Below are positions 17,910 through 25,911 of a stretch of 32,797 nt of DNA, piece by piece; within the stretch, counting starts at the first letter, position 1; each line of letters starts with the position of its first letter. The stretch is from a virus (taxonomy: Duplodnaviria; Caudoviricetes): the IMG/VR virus record IMGVR_UViG_3300033076_000895, positions 1 to 32,797 of that record; one strand, written 5' to 3'. Position numbers and translations under genes: made by a program. Below the pieces are notes generated by a model. The model did no database searches and was not told the DNA's origin. It saw only the letters and a program-made list of their open reading frames with translations.

Positions 17910-18190
17910 CGAATAGACCCTTGAACATTCTGTATTAGTAGATACTGAATATACGGAGGCATGGTATCTCTTAAATAAAGAGTAGATAACCTTCAGGTCA
18001 AAAATGGTATGAGTTATAATACTGGTAATGGAATTGATTAATGTTTCTGTAGACACTCTTTAGTTAATCAATGTTGAAGTTATCGTAGAAGGCTTGATAC
18101 TGATTTAAAAAAATCCCTAAAGAGTGGTCTGTCTCCTGTAAAGCAGTGTGAGTGATTGACCGAAACCTTTTAAGGGTTTCGCTCACAATC
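17910..18190 (+). ncRNA. Candidate structured ncRNA with multibranch stems and two pseudoknots
   Basis: No ORF, two upstream promoter motifs, and at least seven complementary segment pairs including G-U pairs that favour the + strand (details in findings). Confidence 0.65.
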
Positions 18191-18203
18191 AAATCACTTA
18201 AAA

Positions 18204-18235
18204 TTTGGTAGTTTCAAATAAATTTCGTATCTTTA
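18204..18235 (+). promoter_or_regulatory. Bacteroidota-type host sigma70 promoter
   Basis: TTTG-N20-TATCTTTA before the ATG at 18259. Confidence 0.75.
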
Positions 18236-18258
18236 CATAACAATAAAAAATATAATGA

Positions 18259-18747
18259 ATGGCAAATTACATCAAAGAAAATTATTCAGTATTTGATAAA
18301 ATACTAAATATATTAGTAGATAGCTCACAGTCTACTGAATGGAAAAATGGGGAGCATAGAATTGAATTTAAAAATCTTAATTTAGCTGGATACAGGGAGT
18401 TTTTATATAATTTAAGTGAGATTGAAATACAGGCTAATAGTCAATTATATCAACAATATCAATTTTGTCAGAATTTATTTAGATTATGTGAAAGATATAA
18501 AAGTATTGGTATGGATGCTTTTAATGGTAATGAGATAAAGTTTTATGAATTATTGAAAGATAATATGTGGCAATGGTTAAAACAAGATTTAAATTTAGTA
18601 TTAAAAGACTCAGAAAGAAAGCATTACACTAAACTTGCATTTGATTATAAAAATGAAGGAAATGCTTCAGTACAATTTAATAGTTACTTAGCATCTACTA
18701 AAGAAGCCGCAATGAATAATATACACAAAAAAGTAAACTTTGGATAA
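18259..18747 (+). CDS. Hypothetical early protein
   Basis: 162 aa behind a host-type promoter. No motif recognised. Confidence 0.7.
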   Translation: MANYIKENYSVFDKILNILVDSSQSTEWKNGEHRIEFKNLNLAGYREFLYNLSEIEIQANSQLYQQYQFCQNLFRLCERYKSIGMDAFNGNEIKFYELLKDNMWQWLKQDLNLVLKDSERKHYTKLAFDYKNEGNASVQFNSYLASTKEAAMNNIHKKVNFG

Positions 18748-19123
18748 TATGAACGAATTCTATGTAAAAAAGAATGGTGATAAGATTATACTAACAATTA
18801 TTAGTAAATCAGAAACAAGTATTGAATTAGATATAGAAGATGCAGCTGATTTAGCATTGGATATTCAACAATACATTCAGCAATATATAAATCAAAATTC
18901 AAATGATGCATACAATGAGAAGGCAAAGATGCAATCTAAAGCTCAAAATGATGCAAAGAATATATTATCAGCTGACATGAATAGATGGATTGATAATCAC
19001 TTTGGAAGCAAGTATGACTTAGACCCAATTGAAAGAGCAGTAAAAGAAAAAGAAATAGAAAAACTATTTGGTGATGTCTATACAGTAGACTTGATTAATA
19101 ACAAATTAACTAAAAAGAAATAA
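18740..19123 (+). CDS. Hypothetical early protein
   Basis: 127 aa, overlapping the stop of the previous gene. Confidence 0.65.
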   Translation: MDNMNEFYVKKNGDKIILTIISKSETSIELDIEDAADLALDIQQYIQQYINQNSNDAYNEKAKMQSKAQNDAKNILSADMNRWIDNHFGSKYDLDPIERAVKEKEIEKLFGDVYTVDLINNKLTKKK

Positions 19124-19124
19124 T

Positions 19125-19274
19125 ATGAATTTAGAAGAATTATTAAAGAAGCCATTTAATGAATTAACTAAAGAAGAAGTTGAATGGGCTTTCGCGAATA
19201 TTAATTGGGAAGAATTAGCTAAAGCATATATTGCTCAGCAAGAAGAATTGCAAAGACTGGCAGAAAATAATTAG
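19125..19274 (+). CDS. 49-aa acidic helical protein (missing from the ORF track)
   Basis: Translates as MNLEELLKKPFNELTKEEVEWAFANINWEELAKAYIAQQEELQRLAENN and starts 1 nt after the previous stop. Confidence 0.7.
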   Translation: MNLEELLKKPFNELTKEEVEWAFANINWEELAKAYIAQQEELQRLAENN

Positions 19275-19297
19275 GATAGAATATGTTACATAGTTTT

Positions 19298-19402
19298 ATA
19301 TTTATAATCAGTTCTGGTTTTTTAATTTGCCAAAATTTGGATTTTCCGGAACTATTATCCTATACAACAGGGGAGTCATTGTCATTTATGGCTCCCTTTT
19401 TT
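19298..19402 (+). ncRNA. Candidate ~95-nt sRNA (ATATTTAT motif, hairpin, terminator)
   Basis: ATATTTAT at 19298-19305, stem AGTTCTGG/CCGGAACT (19310-19317/19346-19353), then a terminator. Confidence 0.45.
19369..19402 (+). terminator. Rho-independent terminator
   Basis: GGGAGTCAT-TGTCATTT-ATGGCTCCC followed by TTTTTT-ATGTC. Confidence 0.85.
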
Positions 19403-19421
19403 ATGTCTTAACGAACTACTA

Positions 19422-19429
19422 ATATTTAT
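19422..19429 (+). promoter_or_regulatory. ATATTTAT motif, putative middle promoter for the HNH-to-ECF-sigma operon
   Basis: The only promoter-like motif I see between the terminator and the ATG at 19448. Confidence 0.5.
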
Positions 19430-19447
19430 ACACACAAACAATATACA

Positions 19448-19837
19448 ATGGCAAAATTAGAAATTAGAGATTTAAAATCGTTTCCTGACTATTATGCTGG
19501 GAATGATGGAAACATCTACACAACAAAGATATCTCCAAGATATAATCCTAAAGGTGAATTAAAAGTATTAAGACCACGCATACATCCAAACGGATATTCA
19601 TACTATGGATTATTTGTAGGTAAAGGACCTAACAAACAAAGATTATGGAGAAGGGGTCATAGATTGGTAGCAGCTACATTTATAGGACCAATTCCGAAAG
19701 GTAAAGAGGTTAATCACAAGGATGGTAACAAAAACAATAATGTACCAGAGAATTTAGATTATATGACTCGTAAACAGAATGTAAATCATTATCACACAAT
19801 ATTAAAACCATTAAGAAATGAAAATAAAGCAAACTAA
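19448..19837 (+). CDS. HNH endonuclease (NUMOD4/HNH_3 type)
   Basis: HRLVA..FI......VNHKDGNK.NN...NL......N..H. Confidence 0.85.
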   Translation: MAKLEIRDLKSFPDYYAGNDGNIYTTKISPRYNPKGELKVLRPRIHPNGYSYYGLFVGKGPNKQRLWRRGHRLVAATFIGPIPKGKEVNHKDGNKNNNVPENLDYMTRKQNVNHYHTILKPLRNENKAN

Positions 19838-20474
19838 TATACAAAATACAGGCATTAGTGACCATAGTTTTCCTGGATATCAACATGGTGATGGTATAAG
19901 TTTATCAGAAGCAATTGAACATGATATGTACGCATTCGCTGATGATTTAAAAAGAATGTATCCAAACGCTCGTAAGTTTTTGGACATTGGTAGTGGTGCA
20001 GGATTTATATCTAAAAGAGTTAGAGAATTTGGTGAAGATTATTTAGCAGTAAGTTTAGATGGTAATTATGAAACATTAGAATTATCTACTATTAATAAAG
20101 ATTATCATATTATTTTAAGAACTGATGTAGATTATACAATAGTAGATGATGTGGATGAAATAATACAATTTGATGTAATAACTTCATTTGAGCATTTTGA
20201 ACATATACAACCAGAAACATTTCCACAATTTATTAATAATATTAAAAAGCATATGCATAAAAATACAGTCTTATATGCATCAGCTGCAATTTGGGCATAT
20301 ACTGGTGAAGTAGATAGAGTACATTGTAATATAAAAACAGTCCAAGAATGGAAAGCAGAAATGGACAAATATGGATTTGAAGAAATACCAACTAAATTAT
20401 TTACAAAAGAAAATACATCAGGTTGTGGATTAAGATGGGATATTACAGCAGAATTAGCTTATAAACTAAAATAA
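19818..20474 (+). CDS. Class I SAM-dependent methyltransferase
   Basis: FLDIGSGAG and FDVITSFEHFEHI. No DNA-methyltransferase DPPY or PC motif. Confidence 0.8.
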   Translation: MKIKQTNIQNTGISDHSFPGYQHGDGISLSEAIEHDMYAFADDLKRMYPNARKFLDIGSGAGFISKRVREFGEDYLAVSLDGNYETLELSTINKDYHIILRTDVDYTIVDDVDEIIQFDVITSFEHFEHIQPETFPQFINNIKKHMHKNTVLYASAAIWAYTGEVDRVHCNIKTVQEWKAEMDKYGFEEIPTKLFTKENTSGCGLRWDITAELAYKLK

Positions 20475-20475
20475 C

Positions 20476-20664
20476 ATGAAATGTATATGGAGATTCGGAA
20501 CATGGTTAGAGGGTTTAATTAATGTAGTAACATTAGGCCATGGAAAAAATTTAGCAGGTTGGATAGCTTGGACATTTTTTAAAAACCCTGATTGTGGATG
20601 TGAAAGACGTAAAGATTATTTAGATAATCTATTTGGATGTAGTAACGAAATAAAATTATTTTAA
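20476..20664 (+). CDS. Small Cys-motif protein
   Basis: 62 aa with DCGCERRK..L.NLF. Confidence 0.65.
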   Translation: MKCIWRFGTWLEGLINVVTLGHGKNLAGWIAWTFFKNPDCGCERRKDYLDNLFGCSNEIKLF

Positions 20665-20665
20665 T

Positions 20666-20917
20666 ATGGGAGAGGCACCAGTACCACAAAGTAAATACCA
20701 TCCTTTTAGTTTAGAGGAGTTTCAATGTATTAAACAAGACTTAGCAGGAATCACACATACCCTTCCAACACACTTAGCAGGTATATTTTGGAGTAGATGT
20801 AATGCAGTAAGAGGAACTGATACTCCGCAACCATGCACATGTTCTTCATCAGCTCGTCACTGGGGTAACTGCGTCTCGGACTTGCAAGCATTTGTTAAAC
20901 GAATAGAAAATGAATAG
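20666..20917 (+). CDS. Small Cys-motif protein
   Basis: 83 aa with QPCTC....W..C. Confidence 0.65.
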   Translation: MGEAPVPQSKYHPFSLEEFQCIKQDLAGITHTLPTHLAGIFWSRCNAVRGTDTPQPCTCSSSARHWGNCVSDLQAFVKRIENE

Positions 20918-21371
20918 TATGTATTATATCTACCACATAGAAGGTGTTAAGATTGGATGCTCAACTAATCCAAAAGAAAGAGTTAGGAGACAGGGATATT
21001 TAAACTATTCTATTTTGGAAAGCTATAATGATATTAATATTGCAGCTAAAAGAGAAATAGAATTACAAAAAATATATGGGTATATTGAAAAGAACATTGG
21101 AACTGATTATGTTCAACAATATCAATATGGAGTAAAAGGTAGAGAAGCTGCAAAAGGATTAGGAGCTAAAGCTCAGATAGAAAACAAAATTGGTATTTGG
21201 GCATTAAATAAAAATCAAAGAAGTAAAATACAAAAGAATGCATCCAAATTTGGTGGAGTAGCACAGTCACAAATAATAAGAACATGTCCTCATTGTGGAA
21301 AAGTTGGTAAAGGAAATGGTATGTTCGGAGCTCATTTTGATAGATGTAAATTAATTAATGGACAAGCATAA
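20910..21371 (+). CDS. GIY-YIG-like endonuclease with a C-terminal zinc finger (paralogue of 15420-15905)
   Basis: YYIYHI..VKIGCSTNPK.RV..QGY and TCPHCGKVGK...MF..HF..CK are shared by both copies. Confidence 0.65.
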   Translation: MNSMYYIYHIEGVKIGCSTNPKERVRRQGYLNYSILESYNDINIAAKREIELQKIYGYIEKNIGTDYVQQYQYGVKGREAAKGLGAKAQIENKIGIWALNKNQRSKIQKNASKFGGVAQSQIIRTCPHCGKVGKGNGMFGAHFDRCKLINGQA

Positions 21372-21897
21372 AGAAAATAATAGAAGATTAGCTAATTTAT
21401 ATTCAGAATCACATAACTGGTTATCTGCAGCAGCATATAATATAACAAAGAACAAAGATACTTCAGAAGACTTAGTAGCAGACCTTTATGTATATCGTGG
21501 AGAGAAAGTAAACCCTGCTTTATGGTGGGGACAGAATTCATTTAATGTAATGTATTGTTATTCATTCATTAAGACCAGATTCCTAAATAAGATTAAAAGA
21601 GATAAGAAGATACAATATCATTCGGACGTGTATGATGATAGAGTAGATACAGAATATGATGAGGAGTATGATGCAAAGCTTGAATCAACATACAATGATA
21701 TAGTAGATGAGCTAAAGAGAATGGAATATACAAAGCAATGGGCTAGTTCTAAATTAGCACAATTATATTGGTTTAATGAAGAAATGACATTGGAGAAGTT
21801 AGCAGGAGAGATAAAGATATCAAAGAGTACAGCCTTTTTAAATTGTAAGAAGGTAAAGACACATATAAAAAATACATTAGAGAACCCTTTTAAATGA
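21358..21897 (+). CDS. ECF-type sigma-70 factor
   Basis: 179 aa. Region 2 is LY......AAYNI.....SEDLV.DLY and the region 4 HTH is MTLEKLAGEIKISKST. Confidence 0.75.
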   Translation: MDKHKENNRRLANLYSESHNWLSAAAYNITKNKDTSEDLVADLYVYRGEKVNPALWWGQNSFNVMYCYSFIKTRFLNKIKRDKKIQYHSDVYDDRVDTEYDEEYDAKLESTYNDIVDELKRMEYTKQWASSKLAQLYWFNEEMTLEKLAGEIKISKSTAFLNCKKVKTHIKNTLENPFK

Positions 21898-22523
21898 AAG
21901 ACTTAAAACAATTATTTACAAACACATACCAATCAAGAGGATGGGGAATTGATGGACCGGCATCTGGACCTGGTTCTTCATTAGACTATACTGAAAACAT
22001 TCGTACAATCTTATTGAATATAATAAAGGAAAATGGAATTAAAACTATATGGGATTGTTCATGCGGTGATTGGACTTGGATGAAAGAGATTAAAGATGAA
22101 TTACCAAACTATATTGGAAATGATATTGTAAATGAATTGATAGCCATTAATACAAAAGAGTATGGTGGAGATAATATTCAATTTCAATGTGGAGATATGT
22201 TAGAAGAATTAAGAAAGCTAGATACTATGTCTATTGATTTAATCCTATGTAGACATACCTTAGAGCATTTACCAACTGAATACGCAATAGATGTTGTGAG
22301 AGAGATACATAGAGTAAGTAAGCATTCACTAATAACATCAAACCAAAGAGGTAATTCAGAAATAGATGCAAATGGAATTAATTCTAGGAATGTTGATTTA
22401 GAGAAGGATGCGTACTTTGATATATTAGGTAAGCCAATACAAAGATACTATGATACAAAGGGAATACCAACCGAAGGTGAGTATGGAATGAATCTATATG
22501 AGAATTGGCATCAACAACTATAA
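21894..22523 (+). CDS. Class I SAM-dependent methyltransferase
   Basis: SGPGS, WDCSCGDW, YIGNDIV and DLILCRHTLEHL. Confidence 0.8.
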   Translation: MKDLKQLFTNTYQSRGWGIDGPASGPGSSLDYTENIRTILLNIIKENGIKTIWDCSCGDWTWMKEIKDELPNYIGNDIVNELIAINTKEYGGDNIQFQCGDMLEELRKLDTMSIDLILCRHTLEHLPTEYAIDVVREIHRVSKHSLITSNQRGNSEIDANGINSRNVDLEKDAYFDILGKPIQRYYDTKGIPTEGEYGMNLYENWHQQL

Positions 22524-22595
22524 CCCATTCAGGAATTAGGTACAACCCTATTATAACCTAATTTAAGAGGGTCTAACTACAAAGGTGAGGTAATG

Positions 22596-22603
22596 TGTTA
22601 AAT
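22596..22603 (+). promoter_or_regulatory. Putative late promoter core TGTTAAAT (copy 6, before terminase)
   Basis: AACTA lies 16 nt upstream, the same spacing as in copy 2. Confidence 0.75.
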
Positions 22604-22643
22604 TAATACACAATCGTTTAAATAACGGCAAAACATCGTTAAA

Positions 22644-22949
22644 ATGGCAAAGTTTGAAAAAGGAAATAAAATAGCTAAAGGTAGGCCTCCCGGCGCATTG
22701 AATAGGAGTACTGAACAAATGCGATTGACAATATCAAGAGCAACTAATGTAATATTAGATACTTTAGCTACTGATTTGCAAGAGATTAAAAAGAAAGACC
22801 CTAAAGCCGCTATTGATATTGCATTAAAGCTTTTAGAATTTAATGTACCTAAACAAAGTAGAATTGAAATGAAAGCTGAGATAGAGCAAAGGATACAACA
22901 GATATCAGTAAACATAACACAAAAGGTAATAGATGAATCTGGAAATTAA
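22644..22949 (+). CDS. terS: Terminase small subunit
   Basis: FEKGN...KGRPPGA.N N-terminus, overlapping the terL start. Confidence 0.75.
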   Translation: MAKFEKGNKIAKGRPPGALNRSTEQMRLTISRATNVILDTLATDLQEIKKKDPKAAIDIALKLLEFNVPKQSRIEMKAEIEQRIQQISVNITQKVIDESGN

Positions 22950-24093
22950 TACAACTATAACCTATCAATATCAGGAAGATACACCAACACGTGTTACTCA
23001 TCACATTGGAGGAACTCGTAGTGGTAAAACATATGCTTTACTTCAATGGTGTATAGTAAAGGCGCTATCCAATAAAGAAACTATAACCATTGTCCGTAAA
23101 ACAATTCCATCTCTCAAGCGAACTGTGATGAAAGACTTTAAAGATATCATGCAGAGCTTGGGAGTTTGGAATGAAAATGATTTTAATATTAGTGATAGGA
23201 TATACACATTCTATACTGAATCGGTAATACAATTCATATCCACAGACGATAGTGACAAGCTAAGAGGATTAAAGAGTAGCATCTTATGGCTGGAAGAAGC
23301 TAATGAGATAGATGAATCAAGCTACTTTCAGTTAATGATTCGTACAACAGGTCCAATAATACTATCCTACAACCCAACCATATCACCTTACCACTGGATT
23401 AGACAAATGCAAGATTGTACTCGTTACTTTACAACATATAAGAACAATCCTTATTTGGAAAGAACTGTTGTTAAAGCAATTGAGGAGTTACAGCATACTA
23501 ATCTGAAAGCATGGAAGGTATATGGTTTGGGTGAATACACAACAAATGAAAAGGCTGTATTCCAATTCAATACAACGGAATGGTTGCCTGAAGAAGCAGA
23601 GTTTGTAGCATTCGGTTTGGACTTTGGTTATTCATCAGACCCTACTGCATTAGTATCAGTTTGGAAATACAATGGTGAGATACATTTGATTGAGCATTGC
23701 TATGAGAAAGGATTAGTGACATCAGATATAGATAAGATGTTAAGAGGAATAGTAAAGGATAGAGAGGAGATATGGGCTGATAGTGCAGAACCTCGTTTAA
23801 TAGATGAGCTATATCGTTTAGGATGGAACATAAAACCCGTAATCAAAGGTAAGGATAGTATTAACTTTGGTATTCAGGTAATGAACAACTATAAGATAAA
23901 CATACCAAAGACATGTCAGAACCTAATCAATGAGTTCTATTCGTATGAGTGGAGTAGTGATAGATTTGGAAAGCAATTGGATAAGCCTATTGATTTTAAC
24001 AATCACTTAATAGATGCTGCCCGATATGCTTGTATGATGAGATTGAGTAACAAAGCAACAGCTGCCGGCAAATATATAATAAAGGTAAGATAA
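22933..24093 (+). CDS. terL: Terminase large subunit (PBSX family)
   Basis: Walker A GGTRSGKT, Walker B LWLEEANE, YNP, nuclease motifs GLDFG..DP and NHLIDAARY. Confidence 0.93.
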   Translation: MNLEINTTITYQYQEDTPTRVTHHIGGTRSGKTYALLQWCIVKALSNKETITIVRKTIPSLKRTVMKDFKDIMQSLGVWNENDFNISDRIYTFYTESVIQFISTDDSDKLRGLKSSILWLEEANEIDESSYFQLMIRTTGPIILSYNPTISPYHWIRQMQDCTRYFTTYKNNPYLERTVVKAIEELQHTNLKAWKVYGLGEYTTNEKAVFQFNTTEWLPEEAEFVAFGLDFGYSSDPTALVSVWKYNGEIHLIEHCYEKGLVTSDIDKMLRGIVKDREEIWADSAEPRLIDELYRLGWNIKPVIKGKDSINFGIQVMNNYKINIPKTCQNLINEFYSYEWSSDRFGKQLDKPIDFNNHLIDAARYACMMRLSNKATAAGKYIIKVR

Positions 24094-24785
24094 TGAGAGT
24101 AGCAATACTATTAGCCGGTCCGATGAGAAGTACACCTGATGTAATAGCTAACCATAAACAAATGATTGGTGAGCATGATTTGTATGTAAGTTGTAGACAA
24201 GAAGATTATAACGATTGGATTAATTCAGAATGGAATGCTAAGGAGATATACATAACACCTGAAATAGATTTTGAAACATCAGATTGGGCAAAGATGTGTA
24301 AAAATAAAAGTGTAGTATTCAGAACTATATTAGAAAGATTATATTGGCAATATTGGAATTTAAATAATTGTATTAAGAATATGCCGAAAGGATATGATTA
24401 CTATATTAAGAGTAGAAATGATATGATATATGAATCAGTATTAGAATTAAATTGGGAAGCAATAACTAATAAAGAAATATGGTGTCCTGAGAAAACATTT
24501 TGGGGATATGAATGGATTGGTAATGGATTTTTTAATGACCAATTATGGATTTGTAAAGAAGAAGTATTGGAATTGGCTGCAAGCTTTGTTACTGATGCGG
24601 TACATTTAACTAATGCATTTGGTGAAACTATTAAAAAAGGATTATTAGAAGATTGTATTATTGAAACAGCTTTTATGTTATGGTTATGTAATTGGGATAT
24701 TAAACAAAAGAAATTTAGTTACACATATACAAAGAATCACTTTGGTTGGACTAAAATGCATTATGATAGAGATGAATTTAAATAA
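24093..24785 (+). CDS. Putative glycosyltransferase-like protein
   Basis: MRVAILLAG..R, YDY.IK.R.D and F.NDQ.W. This pattern is seen in phage and capsule sugar-modifying proteins. Confidence 0.5.
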   Translation: MRVAILLAGPMRSTPDVIANHKQMIGEHDLYVSCRQEDYNDWINSEWNAKEIYITPEIDFETSDWAKMCKNKSVVFRTILERLYWQYWNLNNCIKNMPKGYDYYIKSRNDMIYESVLELNWEAITNKEIWCPEKTFWGYEWIGNGFFNDQLWICKEEVLELAASFVTDAVHLTNAFGETIKKGLLEDCIIETAFMLWLCNWDIKQKKFSYTYTKNHFGWTKMHYDRDEFK

Positions 24786-24792
24786 TAATAAT

Positions 24793-25101
24793 ATGGAACA
24801 AAAAGAAATGGTAGTAGATTTAGAAAACCTAAAGAAAGAGGATTTTATGGAGATGGCAAAGTATATCAAACACTTAGAAGGATTATTAGATGCAGCTATT
24901 GAAAAACAAAGAGAGTTAAAAGCATATGCAGTTACTCTATCTACACAAAGGAATCAGGAGCATCAAAGATATTTGGAGTACAAAGCTCTTTATGATAGAA
25001 CGCAAATAGGTGTAATAAATGTAACGCCTACACAAGCTAAGATAGAAATACATAATAGCTTAATTAACCCTGAACAATATAGAGAAAAGAAACAATTTTA
25101 A
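24793..25101 (+). CDS. Hypothetical coiled-coil protein (start probably 24793)
   Basis: The ATG at 24793 follows the previous stop. The 24661 start given in the ORF track overlaps the upstream gene. Confidence 0.65.
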   Translation: MEQKEMVVDLENLKKEDFMEMAKYIKHLEGLLDAAIEKQRELKAYAVTLSTQRNQEHQRYLEYKALYDRTQIGVINVTPTQAKIEIHNSLINPEQYREKKQF

Positions 25102-25102
25102 T

Positions 25103-25756
25103 ATGAAACAAACAATAGAAATAGAAGTACCTAAAGACTGGAGTGCAGTATCTCTTAAAGATTACTTAGCATTTAGAAAAGATATGGAAGCGTATAAAGA
25201 TGAGCCTGAAGCTGTGATAGCTTGTATGTTTCATCACCTATGCCACTTCCCCGTACAATACTTACAATCGTTAGATATTGATACATACACAAAGGTAAGA
25301 GATGACTTGTATTCTTTTATAAGCAGATTAGATTATCCTTTAAAGAAGTTTGTGACAATAGATGGAATAGAATATGGATTTGAACCTGACTTATCTAAAA
25401 TGAGCTATGGAGCATATGTGGATATATCAAAGTATCAATCAGTAGGTATAGATGATAATTGGGCAGAAGTAATGAGTATTCTATATAGACCTGTAACTAA
25501 TAAAGGTAAGACACTATATGATATAGAACCATATAAGGCTAATATAAACGGAGACCTGTTTATGGATGTACCAATGGATGTACATTTTGGGGCTGTTTTT
25601 TTTTTCAACAATTTACTAAAAGACTTACTGAATTCTACCCTGAGCTCTTTGATAACGGAGAAAGCACTTCCTCACAACATCAAATCAATTTTGGAAGAAA
25701 ATGGAAATCTTATTCATCGCTTATCCAATTGGCAGGGAACAATATCCTCAAAGTAG
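25103..25756 (+). CDS. Tail assembly chaperone (0-frame product)
   Basis: VP.DW..V.L..Y, YGFEPDL..M.YG.Y.D and MSILYRP, with a slippery T10 run at 25596-25605. Confidence 0.75.
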   Translation: MKQTIEIEVPKDWSAVSLKDYLAFRKDMEAYKDEPEAVIACMFHHLCHFPVQYLQSLDIDTYTKVRDDLYSFISRLDYPLKKFVTIDGIEYGFEPDLSKMSYGAYVDISKYQSVGIDDNWAEVMSILYRPVTNKGKTLYDIEPYKANINGDLFMDVPMDVHFGAVFFFNNLLKDLLNSTLSSLITEKALPHNIKSILEENGNLIHRLSNWQGTISSK

Positions 25757-25869
25757 ACGAGATAACGGACCAACCATTAGAGAAGTGTTTAATGTACTTA
25801 GCATTCCAAGCAGATAGGAATGAATTAGAAGAACTCATGCATAAGGAAGCTATGAAAAAGATTGGATAG
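25103..25869 (+). CDS. Tail assembly chaperone, -1 frameshift product (gpGT-like)
   Basis: The -1 frame is open from the T10 run to TAG at 25867-25869: FQQFTKRLTEFYPELF...FGRKWKSY..LIQLA...PLEKCLMYLAFQADR... Confidence 0.75.
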
Positions 25870-25888
25870 TAATATTTTTCTCTTTAGT

Positions 25889-25896
25889 TGTTAAAT
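25889..25896 (+). promoter_or_regulatory. Putative late promoter core TGTTAAAT (copy 7)
   Basis: Intergenic, 15 nt before the ATG at 25912. Confidence 0.75.
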
Positions 25897-25911
25897 CTAT
25901 AAAGAATTCAG

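Noticed and set aside
19818-22523. Methyltransferases as DNA restriction-modification enzymes
   Set aside because: They lack DPPY/NPPY and PC catalytic motifs and look like small-molecule or sugar methyltransferases.
22534-22563. Inverted repeat AATTAGGT/ACCTAATT upstream of terS as a terminator or pac site
   Set aside because: The AT-rich stem has a large loop and no U-tract, and nothing supports a packaging role.
17845-22630. AAATAACGGCA at 17855-17865 and 22620-22630
   Set aside because: It is only 11 bp and A-rich, with two copies in different contexts, so chance cannot be excluded.
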